From: Nanobdellota archaeon
GTDB lineage: Archaea > Nanobdellota > Nanobdellia > Parvarchaeales > Parvarchaeaceae
DNA: 60,745 nt
Assembly (NCBI GenBank): GCA_021807085.1
Contig: JAKAPM010000004.1
Location: forward strand, 1-60,745
Direction of reading: 5' to 3'
Shown: positions 10,501 to 17,504 of the stretch, piece after piece
How positions within the stretch are numbered: the first letter of the stretch is position 1
Layout of the letters: the number at the start of each line of letters is the position of its first letter
The notes under the pieces: model-generated
Told to the model about the DNA's origin: nothing
Databases searched by the model: none
What the model saw: only the letters and a program-made list of their open reading frames with translations
Made by a program: the position numbers and the translations under genes

Positions 10501-11081
10501 GATATGGACGAAGCCGACGAACTCTTTGTCACGCCGTTGTACGTCACATTCCAGCTTGCGCCTATGGGAAAGCCATACTGCTGGAAAGTTGTCGTGGAAG
10601 AAGGCACGGCGAGCTTTGAAGTGGTCGTTGTGAACAGAATGGAACCGTTAGACGTGCTGTTAAGGAAGCTGCTGACGGCGTAATCTATCTGCACGTTCAC
10701 CTTCACCTTACCTGCGGCCAGGCTGGCCGGTATCATGCAGAAGGAACTCTCGCCGGGAGGAAGTGATAGATAAGTACACTCGAGTGCGCTGAAGGAACTA
10801 CCGTTGTAGAACAGCGTCAGCCTGTTCAGGCTTACGTTCACGTCCAAGTCGTTGGTAAGAAGTATGTCGAAATTGGTCTGGTTGGCGGCCACCTGGCTGA
10901 CTACAACGCTGTTGAAGCCGCTTATCACTGGTGCTGACGACACGAAGTTGGTGATGTTTATTATGCCTATCGAGAAAAGGACAGCCACAACTGCGACTAT
11001 CAGGATTATCATCCACCCGTATGTTATCAGGAATTCCAACGCCGACTGCGAACGTCGGGGCAAAAGCGGCTCAAACCACAT
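7578..11081 (-). CDS. Giant pilin-like surface protein: class III signal peptide, pilin-head domain, about 7 'GLPxGxxW' modules, PA14-like domain, DUF2341-like and lectin-like C-terminus
   Basis: 1167 aa. The N-terminus MWFEPLLPRRSQSALEFLITYGWMIILIVAVVAV fits the archaeal Q-x-[SA]-x-E class III motif. Repeats are of the type TTTFSESGLPSAYTWTMTYN. The PA14-like stretch is VTFTVWTDDGTEIFYQP...PGLYKVAVDWTNTCGGGMSF. The DUF2341-like stretch is YVPVTLSNSQSSATPSGFEQYLNVNMANY...NGTVIPSW...YWLKVGTIPANG. Confidence 0.8.
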   Translation of the reverse strand: MWFEPLLPRRSQSALEFLITYGWMIILIVAVVAVLFSIGIINITNFVSSAPVISGFNSVVVSQVAANQTNFDILLTNDLDVNVSLNRLTLFYNGSSFSALECTYLSLPPGESSFCMIPASLAAGKVKVNVQIDYAVSSFLNSTSNGSILFTTTTSKLAVPSSTTTFQQYGFPIGASWNVTYNGVTKSSSASSISFVTPFGSHSFTLYTSKVSNCTYTPVPSAGSLQAGYTESVDFTSSCEATFIEKNLPSGTTWTVIYDGTGQSSSNSMIAFVPVSSGSHSFTVQTLTYTGCSYAPSPSSGSLAVGEYQIIQFAGTCNTTFSENGLPPGRLWAVELASLNKSADAPSSITFFGAPGSFPYTVQTLANSTADCTTTYTPNPTSGTMTAGSTVVVSFSANTACTNAFTEEGLPSGDTWSVVYDGKQGSASTGNAITLSTSQSGSSFTSYTASASVSGLQCSASAAVEQGVGYNFGVWSCTTTFSESGLPSAYTWTMTYNSNGGSASAPNSIQYSATYTYSGSVFSYAYTIDTKTNSSGSYACTTTYSPSPGSGNANAGSTTQIVFSSSTQCTTTFDESGLSSNYPWNVTYNGITSGFVQATSTQIVTTSSGSAIPAFSYSLPSLTGYQIEWSYGTSAYQGQVYGMPVQAFSSALSDLNTQVSCSSPYNSEGFSATAYVYFSSSVTFTVWTDDGTEIFYQPYGSSSWNSVFGGNQWHGQGTSPSTAPYTSTISVTPGLYKVAVDWTNTCGGGMSFVGINGAQSLSSAFSVIAWTPNSNSVDLLPYSDVTANPVSPSAITIQQTGSFPLMHEDYNCYNSSANPSPSSSSATAGSTVGVAFSNSLSECTYVPVTLSNSQSSATPSGFEQYLNVNMANYESYANTEMSNVLFIWPNGTVIPSWRENASSYDEIATYWLKVGTIPANGNVGIQMLFTNQNVLNILNTGIAPQLSSTYAEYDSGAILFPYYWNFAGTSSSGITDATNGDGGTFTVNNGWSVKDAFGTYDAVGFYTTNAVSNDLTWNIYSSNILSANSEAPVQLSNSNSITTGGKSITNGWGGDFSGSLFTTTGGAYYYNSGTGGPTSIYTYSGYSYPALLSEAWYGSTLISYINGVEVGSTTSFSAFSQDSSIYGTTFLANGGAGGNNVIAVQYAFFSYTPPNGVMPSVSLGSVS

Positions 11082-11103
11082 ACATTTAATATTATTATCA
11101 ACG

Positions 11104-11113
11104 TATTTAAAAA
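11104..11113 (-). promoter_or_regulatory. TATA-like element about 27 nt upstream of the 7578..11081 start codon
   Basis: The minus strand reads TTTTTAAATA. The spacing fits a leaderless or short-leader archaeal promoter. Confidence 0.35.
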
Positions 11114-11221
11114 TGTAGTAAGGGCAAGGAGTAGTTTCCCGCAGTAGACGATATTTTGCAAAAAGCGAAGGTTTTAATATTTAGAAAGATAGTATTACTA
11201 TATAGTTAATGTAAATTGAAT

Positions 11222-11320
11222 ATGCGTAGAAGGGATTTTTCGCTAAAAGACGAAGTGGATGAAGACCCCGACGACGACTACGATATAGAGCGGGACGAGT
11301 CGCTGTTTGAGGGAGGTTAG
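11222..11320 (+). CDS. Possible 32-aa acidic micro-ORF, below the ORF-track cutoff
   Basis: ATG..TAG encodes MRRRDFSLKDEVDEDPDDDYDIERDESLFEGG. Its stop overlaps the convergent prepilin peptidase stop. No other support. Confidence 0.15.
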   Translation: MRRRDFSLKDEVDEDPDDDYDIERDESLFEGG

Positions 11321-12156
11321 GGCAGACTAGATATAAATATCGAGAAAAGCGGATTTCCGAACAACACCGTTATCAGGACTCCGAGAAAGATTCCGGGTAT
11401 GAACGGCAGTCCTGTCTTTACAAGCACTTCCTCTATCTTGTTTGATTTCAGCTTGTCTATATCATGTTTTGTAAGGCCGGTGGATTTGGGACGGAGTATG
11501 GTGCGTCCGTCCGCATCCTTGACGTCCTCCGCTATCCAGTCCCCCTCGATTAGTTTGGATGTCCCAGTCTTAACGAAAACCACCGTCGTGGATATAAGGT
11601 ACATATAACGCATGGCTATCAGGAGGAACAATATCGCTGGGACGAAAAATTCCAGCGGAAAAGGCAACAGTAGGTATGCGGATACCACGGCAACCGCACC
11701 GCCAGCTATTAGGGGAAAGTCGTAGCTCTTGAAGTACTTCTTTAGCTTACTGTATTTCAGAACACCCAGCACCAGCGTGCCGAACAGGCCGTATATCCCC
11801 CCCGCGACCATTATGTTTATGAAAAGAGATATAAAAGAAGTGTTAGACGTCAGGCTTACTGATGTGAAGACGAAACTGAGCCCGAGCATTATTTGGACGT
11901 CTCCGCCGGCCCACTGCCCCATTACATACATAAGGTAGGAAAAACCGAACAGTGCGATAAGAGACAGCGGGAAGTATTCTATGGTTGATATTGAGCCTGC
12001 GTACACCGCCCTGAACAGCATCAGCAGGACGGAGCCGAAGATTAGAGTGTACAGGAGGAATTCTGGCACTTCCCTCGTCCTTATGTCGAATAACGACGAC
12101 AGCCCGAGTACCGAGAGGACAAAGATAAATATAATATAATCTATTGGATATACCAT
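11317..12156 (-). CDS. Archaeal type IV prepilin/preflagellin peptidase (A24 family, PibD/FlaK/EppA-like)
   Basis: 279 aa, polytopic. The two catalytic Asp contexts are LFDIRTREVPE and WAGGDVQIMLGL. An extra soluble insert precedes the last TM. Confidence 0.8.
   Translation of the reverse strand: MVYPIDYIIFIFVLSVLGLSSLFDIRTREVPEFLLYTLIFGSVLLMLFRAVYAGSISTIEYFPLSLIALFGFSYLMYVMGQWAGGDVQIMLGLSFVFTSVSLTSNTSFISLFINIMVAGGIYGLFGTLVLGVLKYSKLKKYFKSYDFPLIAGGAVAVVSAYLLLPFPLEFFVPAILFLLIAMRYMYLISTTVVFVKTGTSKLIEGDWIAEDVKDADGRTILRPKSTGLTKHDIDKLKSNKIEEVLVKTGLPFIPGIFLGVLITVLFGNPLFSIFISSLP
12125..12140 (+). promoter_or_regulatory. AT-rich TATA-like element for dph5, embedded in the peptidase coding sequence
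   Basis: ataaatataatataat is centred about 28 nt upstream of the dph5 ATG at 12160. Confidence 0.3.
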
Positions 12157-12159
12157 ATT

Positions 12160-12918
12160 ATGTTGTATCTAATTGGTACTGGCTTGTACTATATAAACGA
12201 TTTGCCGCTGAGGGCCGTCGAGACGCTGAAAGCGTGCGGAGAGGTGTTCCTGGAGAGGTATACGAACCCCAACGACGTGTCCAATATCGGCGAACTTGAA
12301 AAGATTATAGGGAAGAAGATAAATGTCCTCGGGAGGGAGAGGGTCGAGAGCGACCTGCTTGTCGAAAAGGCAGCGGAAGAGGACGTCTGCCTCCTTGTGC
12401 CAGGGGATCCGCTTGCTGCTACCACGCACATGTCCCTTATAACCGAAGCCTGTGAGAAAGGGATAAAGTACAGAATAATACACTCCTCCAGTATCTTTTC
12501 CGCGATAGGGGAGACGGGACTGTCTTTGTACAAGTTCGGCGGTACTGCCAGCATACCAATATATTCGGAAGGTTACAAGCCGGAGAGCTTTTTCGACGTT
12601 ATAAAGATGAACAGGAAGGACGGCATGCACACCCTTGTGCTCCTGGAAGCAAGGGACGAAAAAAACTTTCTTGACATCGGGAAGGCAGCGGAAACACTGA
12701 AAAACATAGAGAGGAAGAGGGGAGAGAAAATCTTAGACTGGGATACCATCATGTTCGCTTCCAGACTCGGCAGCGAACAGCAGGAAATCGGGTTTGTAAA
12801 GGGTTCCGAGAACCGTGTACACAGCCCACCTGTATGTCTCGTAATACCGGGCGAAATGAGTGATTACGAGAAGGAAGCAGTAAGGGCACTTTTGGCTGAT
12901 ACGGCGGATTCTAAGTGA
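12160..12918 (+). CDS. dph5: Diphthine synthase
   Basis: 252 aa. It has the tetrapyrrole-methylase-fold N-terminus MLYLIGTGLYYINDLPLRAVETLKACGEVFLERYT and the motif LVPGDPLAATTH. Confidence 0.85.
   Translation: MLYLIGTGLYYINDLPLRAVETLKACGEVFLERYTNPNDVSNIGELEKIIGKKINVLGRERVESDLLVEKAAEEDVCLLVPGDPLAATTHMSLITEACEKGIKYRIIHSSSIFSAIGETGLSLYKFGGTASIPIYSEGYKPESFFDVIKMNRKDGMHTLVLLEARDEKNFLDIGKAAETLKNIERKRGEKILDWDTIMFASRLGSEQQEIGFVKGSENRVHSPPVCLVIPGEMSDYEKEAVRALLADTADSK
12190..12197 (-). promoter_or_regulatory. TATA-like element for the prepilin peptidase, embedded in the dph5 coding sequence
   Basis: The minus strand reads TTTATATA, about 34-41 nt upstream of the peptidase ATG at 12156. Confidence 0.25.
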
Positions 12919-13786
12919 CGCTGACCGGAAGACTGTTCGAGGATACGCAATAGGTATATGCAGTGCTGACGTTTATTGATATGTCGTTGGAATAACCGAG
13001 AGAGCCCGCGACGGGTGGTATCTCTAACTTGAACGGCATGGGAGAGAGGAGATTTCCGCTCTGGAAGGCAAGCTCGTAGTTGCTGGATGTAAGGTTTATG
13101 TTGTCAACCTTCTCCACCACACCAGTATAAAGGGTGAAATACGCGTAGTCGTTGCTGATATTCACATCGACCCATTTGAGACCGCCTGTAGTGCCGTAGC
13201 TTGAAAGCTGCTCGGAGTTGATGTACTCGGTGTCGTTGACGGTCGAAGGGGGCGCCACTATGCTGTTATTGAACCCTTCCAGATACAGCGAAATCGGCCT
13301 GCCGCTCGAGAACGATGGCGCGGAGGTTGGAGGAGTGCCGGTAAACTGGTAGTTCATCAGAGTGACCGGATAGTCGGCATAGGCAGTATCGTTGAAGCAC
13401 ACTTTGAACGTTATCGCGCAGTTGGCAGCGCTACTGCTGGAGAATGACCATGACAGCGATGCGGGGGAATCTCCTGGTATGGATATGGTCCTGGTTGCAG
13501 TGGACAGGAAGGAGCAGCCGAAAGGAACGATAGACACAGTCATCGGTGAACTCCTGCTGTTCGCCAGGCTGGTTATGACCTGGAATTGTTGGTTTGGGTA
13601 TAGGGACAGCAGGCTCTTCGGTGACGTGGAGTTGACTGATATCGGCACGAACGCGTTTGTCTTGACTGTTTGCGTATTTCCAGGGAGAAGGCTGCCAAGA
13701 TAACCGCCTTCGTATAGGAACAAAAAAGCAGCCACTACCACGACGATTACTATCAAAAACGCGATTCCGGTCTGTGATTTTACCAT
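12911..13786 (-). CDS. Secreted or N-terminally anchored protein, possible class III signal peptide (surface locus gene G)
   Basis: 291 aa. The N-terminus is MVKSQTG/IAFLIVIVVVVAAFLFL. It has many N-x-S/T sequons and ends ...INVSTAYTYCVSSNSLPVSVT. Confidence 0.65.
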   Translation of the reverse strand: MVKSQTGIAFLIVIVVVVAAFLFLYEGGYLGSLLPGNTQTVKTNAFVPISVNSTSPKSLLSLYPNQQFQVITSLANSRSSPMTVSIVPFGCSFLSTATRTISIPGDSPASLSWSFSSSSAANCAITFKVCFNDTAYADYPVTLMNYQFTGTPPTSAPSFSSGRPISLYLEGFNNSIVAPPSTVNDTEYINSEQLSSYGTTGGLKWVDVNISNDYAYFTLYTGVVEKVDNINLTSSNYELAFQSGNLLSPMPFKLEIPPVAGSLGYSNDISINVSTAYTYCVSSNSLPVSVT

Positions 13787-13790
13787 AACA

Positions 13791-14729
13791 TCATTGACAC
13801 GTTATCACCGAGGGGGTACCTGTCAGCGAAAAGAAGTAGTTGTACTTGACAGCCACTTTCACCACGCTCTGTGAGGTCCTGCCCAGGTTTAGGGCAGTGA
13901 CTTCCAGCGGAAGCCCTGATTTCACCAGCTGCATGTAGACGTTGCTCAGCGTTACGCCCAATACGCCAGGGGAAGTCTGCACCAATGGATAAGAATTGCC
14001 GTTGTAGTACACAAAAGCAGAAGCTATGCCTCCTGCGGACGATGAGTTGAGTATCGATATGGTAACCTGGCTTATGTAATCGTCCGGCGATCCGACTATC
14101 ATCTTGCTGTACGGTTCGCCGTTGTCATAAGTCGTCGGGGAAAACACTATGTTTATTGGTTCTTGGAGCGAAGCGGGCACCTGCGTCTCGATAGTGACCG
14201 GGTCCGCTGACATCGTTATGAAACCGTAGTTGTTGTTGTCGTATATTTGCTGGGGTATCAGTGAGGAGGAGGTCCCGTAAGGATAGGTCACCACGGAAGT
14301 GGTTAGGTTCTGCCAGAAATCCGGCATTTCTACCGAGAGGAGGTATGTGGACTGCTGTGCTGAACCGATACAAGTCACATTGAAGTCTATCGAAGACGGT
14401 TTGCTCATGTTCGCCTGCATGAGCACGTGTCTAGACGGGTTCGACACGGTTATGAAACTGGGTGCACCGACTGACAGGTTTACCCTGGCGTCTATAGACT
14501 GATTGTACGGGTTCAGGAAACTTAAGAAGAGGAGGGCGGAATGTCCCGTCAATATGGTGGATGAGGATATGTTAGAGGAAGCGCTGAAACCAGTGCTGGT
14601 TGAGCCGCCCGGGCCGCCTAAGTTGAATTTTCCACTGCTCAGGGCGTATACGGCTATCAGTACTATCACGACAAGTACTACGCCTATCAGCGCGACGTTG
14701 TTCGCCCCCCTTTTGCCAAAATAGCCCAT
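13791..14729 (-). CDS. Secreted or N-terminally anchored protein, possible class III signal peptide (surface locus gene F)
   Basis: 312 aa. The N-terminus is MGYFGKRG/ANNVALIGVVLVVIVLIAV. It is sequon-rich and ends ...VAVKYNYFFSLTGTPSVITCQ. It sits 4 nt upstream of gene G. Confidence 0.65.
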   Translation of the reverse strand: MGYFGKRGANNVALIGVVLVVIVLIAVYALSSGKFNLGGPGGSTSTGFSASSNISSSTILTGHSALLFLSFLNPYNQSIDARVNLSVGAPSFITVSNPSRHVLMQANMSKPSSIDFNVTCIGSAQQSTYLLSVEMPDFWQNLTTSVVTYPYGTSSSLIPQQIYDNNNYGFITMSADPVTIETQVPASLQEPINIVFSPTTYDNGEPYSKMIVGSPDDYISQVTISILNSSSAGGIASAFVYYNGNSYPLVQTSPGVLGVTLSNVYMQLVKSGLPLEVTALNLGRTSQSVVKVAVKYNYFFSLTGTPSVITCQ

Positions 14730-14774
14730 ATAAATGATAATCCTCGCTTTCTATATAAATATAAACTAGTATGA

Positions 14775-15722
14775 TTATTGCGACAATAACTTCACTTGGA
14801 AGAAACCATCCTCTTCATACGAGTATGATATGTGCATGTTTATATTCGACGTCACGTACGGCACGCCGGAATCTGAGAGCTTGGATTCTTCCGATGGGTT
14901 CAGGCTGACTGGCAGTATTATGGACAGACTACTCTGGCCGAGATACTTCTGCGCCGTGAAAACGACTGTGCCGTTCGGGTACGATACAGGCGTGAAACCG
15001 TAGTTTCTTGCGGAGCTGATGTTGATTATGGAAGAGTTCATGGACAGGGTTATTGTCATTTCCCCCACCACTATCCCCGTCCCAACGTTCTGTATGTCCA
15101 CGCTGAGCTGTGCATCCTGCCCGTACACGATCGGCTGTTGCGCCGAGCTGCTAACGGACACCGGGCCGGCAGAGCTGTCAAACGACGCTGCCTGCGGAGC
15201 GGGAACGCCGGACGAGGTGCCTTGGGATACGAACTGAAGACTCTGCACCGAACTGGAGCCGTAGGAGAAATTTATGTAGTAACCGACTATCTGGGCGTAC
15301 GGGATGTCTCCGTACGCGGATGCCGGCGGGGACTGCAGACTGTAGGATTCCGACAGTGAGCCCCCAGCGAAAAGCGACGGTACCACTACGCACCTGCCGC
15401 CAGACGTTAGCGTGAACAGCCCAAGGTTGTCCAGGCAGAGGTTGACGTTCGATGCGTCCTTTCCGTTCAGGTTGTTCAGGAGCAGAAAACTGACCCCGAA
15501 TGTGGATTGCGGCGTTATGCTGGAGGGATAGGACAGGCCGGTAGCTATGACTCCTTCGGTAGGCGGCACCGTCAGCGTCTTCACGGGGGATATCCCGAAA
15601 TATGGGGTTATGTTGGGAAGCAGAAGGGCTATTACGGCTATGAAGCCTATCACTACCACTACCGACAGCGCGCTCGCGCCCTTGTTGTTTCCGAACGGTT
15701 TTACCATATCAATCACTTGCAT
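14775..15722 (-). CDS. Secreted or N-terminally anchored protein, possible class III signal peptide (surface locus gene E)
   Basis: 315 aa from the ATG at 15722, which overlaps the upstream gene by 10 nt. An alternative ATG at 15707 gives MVKPFGNNKG/ASALSVVVVIGFIAV. It ends ...NMHISYSYEEDGFFQVKLLSQ. Confidence 0.65.
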   Translation of the reverse strand: MQVIDMVKPFGNNKGASALSVVVVIGFIAVIALLLPNITPYFGISPVKTLTVPPTEGVIATGLSYPSSITPQSTFGVSFLLLNNLNGKDASNVNLCLDNLGLFTLTSGGRCVVVPSLFAGGSLSESYSLQSPPASAYGDIPYAQIVGYYINFSYGSSSVQSLQFVSQGTSSGVPAPQAASFDSSAGPVSVSSSAQQPIVYGQDAQLSVDIQNVGTGIVVGEMTITLSMNSSIINISSARNYGFTPVSYPNGTVVFTAQKYLGQSSLSIILPVSLNPSEESKLSDSGVPYVTSNINMHISYSYEEDGFFQVKLLSQ

Positions 15723-17230
15723 TTCGCCGTCTCATTGTTCACTTGGAATGGCATGTTCAGCAATTCGCTGTAGTTGTACGTCACCGAAGCCACTATCGAC
15801 ATGGTGTTGAAATGCAGCCCGTTTAGGCTGGTAACGGCCGGCAGCGAGAATATTGACGAAGGGGAGCCCAACTGAGAAGACGATAGGGTGCAATACCAGT
15901 ATCCGCTTCCAGGGAACACAAAGCCTTCAAGGGTGTGGCTGACGGCGTCGGAGCACTGCCAGTTGCCGTTCGAAGGGTTGTTCGGATAGAACTGCTTGTT
16001 TATGAACAGCCCTAGGCTAGATATTGAATACGACCCGGAATAGGCTCCGGAGCCAGTGTTCTCTATGGTGACTGATATCGGTACGGATTCTACTTGTGTA
16101 GATACGGGCTGGTTTATGGAGACTCCCATCTTTATCTGGAGAGGCCCAGGAGTGACGAAATCGAAGGAGGGTGTGGACGGCACGAGCGCCTGCGAAGAGG
16201 CTAGGAGTTTTTGGCTGAAGCGGTACGATATGAATTCGACAGGCAGTATGGCGGCGGCGGTATAGTTCTCCACCGTGAAATTAGTCAGCATGGAAGCGCC
16301 GGTCGGATACGTGAGCGACACGGAAGGGCAGTTGAAGTAGAAGGAAGTCTGGTTCTCTATTGTCTCGCTTGGCAGCATCTCGGGGATGAGCGGTATGCCT
16401 GAAATCTGAGCCGAAGACGACTTTTTAGGCGTCACGAACGATGAAAACATTTCCTGGCACACGCGCGCAGACTGCTGGGAATTGGTGTTTCCGCACCCTA
16501 TGGATACCAGGACGTTGTTGTTAGAATCCAAACCAAGCGGAACGTTGGAATTGTCTTTTACCGAATACAAGAGCGTGCCGAGCTGCGGACTGTCCGTCAT
16601 CGTCAGCTGCTGGTTCGAAACCGACGTGGGTATGAGGAACGAACTGAACGTCTGAGTGGTGTTTATCACGTGCACGGGAGGTTTGCCGGTGCCGTAAGGA
16701 TTGTTCATGTAGGCTATTCCTCCCTGTATCGAACCCACTAGCTGGGATATCAAGCCTTTGAATGAATTGAAGTACGAGCCATAATAGGTGTTGAAGTAGT
16801 TGGCGGAGTTGCTGTTCTGTCCGTAGGCATACCAGTATATAATGACCACCACAACTATAATCAGCACAGGTACTATAAGGAGAGTATATTTCTTAGCGGA
16901 ACGCACCAGCACGTCCCTGTCTATGAGTTGCCTCGCAGAGCGCTGCCTTTCGAGCTGCCTCATCGCTGCCGCACTTTTCCTGTAAACTGGATTCAGTTCC
17001 GGATGTTTCTTAAGGTAACGCTTGTTCATGTAGGCTAGGGCCGAGACGGATCTGGTGTTACCGTGTACAGAGAGCCTGTGATCTAGTAGTTCGGTCCTGC
17101 GCCTGAAAGGCACGCCGCACTCTGGGCACACGTATTTGGCTTCCCAGAACTTCCGCTTTTTGGGCGACTCGGGGGCATTCTGTCCACCGGGCGGTGGTAC
17201 ATTTTGCCCGTCGCCGTTCGAATCAGCCAT
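15713..17230 (-). CDS. Single-pass membrane protein with an N-terminal cytoplasmic C2H2 zinc finger and a large extracellular domain (surface locus gene D)
   Basis: 505 aa. The finger YVCPECGVPFRRRTELLDHRLSVHG fits C-x2-C-x12-H-x4-H. A basic linker is followed by the TM YTLLIVPVLIIVVVVIIYWYAY and about 370 aa of sequon-rich ectodomain ending ...VASVTYNYSELLNMPFQV. Confidence 0.7.
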   Translation of the reverse strand: MADSNGDGQNVPPPGGQNAPESPKKRKFWEAKYVCPECGVPFRRRTELLDHRLSVHGNTRSVSALAYMNKRYLKKHPELNPVYRKSAAAMRQLERQRSARQLIDRDVLVRSAKKYTLLIVPVLIIVVVVIIYWYAYGQNSNSANYFNTYYGSYFNSFKGLISQLVGSIQGGIAYMNNPYGTGKPPVHVINTTQTFSSFLIPTSVSNQQLTMTDSPQLGTLLYSVKDNSNVPLGLDSNNNVLVSIGCGNTNSQQSARVCQEMFSSFVTPKKSSSAQISGIPLIPEMLPSETIENQTSFYFNCPSVSLTYPTGASMLTNFTVENYTAAAILPVEFISYRFSQKLLASSQALVPSTPSFDFVTPGPLQIKMGVSINQPVSTQVESVPISVTIENTGSGAYSGSYSISSLGLFINKQFYPNNPSNGNWQCSDAVSHTLEGFVFPGSGYWYCTLSSSQLGSPSSIFSLPAVTSLNGLHFNTMSIVASVTYNYSELLNMPFQVNNETAKCK

Positions 17231-17253
17231 AAATGATTATAATTGAAACTGGC

Positions 17254-17260
17254 TTATATA
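17254..17260 (-). promoter_or_regulatory. TATA-like element about 27 nt upstream of the gene D start codon
   Basis: The plus strand reads ttatata (minus TATATAA), centred at 17257. The ATG is at 17230. Confidence 0.35.
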
Positions 17261-17308
17261 CATTTCAGAGCCCAAAACACTGTGACTATCGTTACCGACT
17301 GCGCACCT

Positions 17309-17494
17309 CTATATAAAGGGCGACTTGGCGAAACTCATCGTCTGCAGCATCTTTGCCAGAGTGGCATTGGTGGAGGATATGAACACAGAGAAAGGCACAG
17401 CCAGATATATCGCTGGGTTGACATTCTGAGGATAAAAATGCTTAGCTTTACGATTATCAGTCAAATAGACGTGAACCTTGCTGATCGTCGGCAT
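17309..17494 (-). CDS. Possible 61-aa protein tightly following gene C
   Basis: The ATG lies 10 nt after the stop of 17505..18122. It is on the same strand as the locus, has one weakly hydrophobic stretch and no recognisable motif. Confidence 0.25.
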   Translation of the reverse strand: MPTISKVHVYLTDNRKAKHFYPQNVNPAIYLAVPFSVFISSTNATLAKMLQTMSFAKSPFI

Positions 17495-17504
17495 CTTATC
17501 GGAA

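Noticed and set aside
8641-10683. Antisense and off-frame ORFs inside the 1167-aa gene (for example 8641..9024, 9533..9748, 10213..10437)
   Set aside because: They are short, Arg/Cys-rich and fully nested in a long ORF that has clear domain structure. The same applies to 19042..20785 inside the 914-aa gene.
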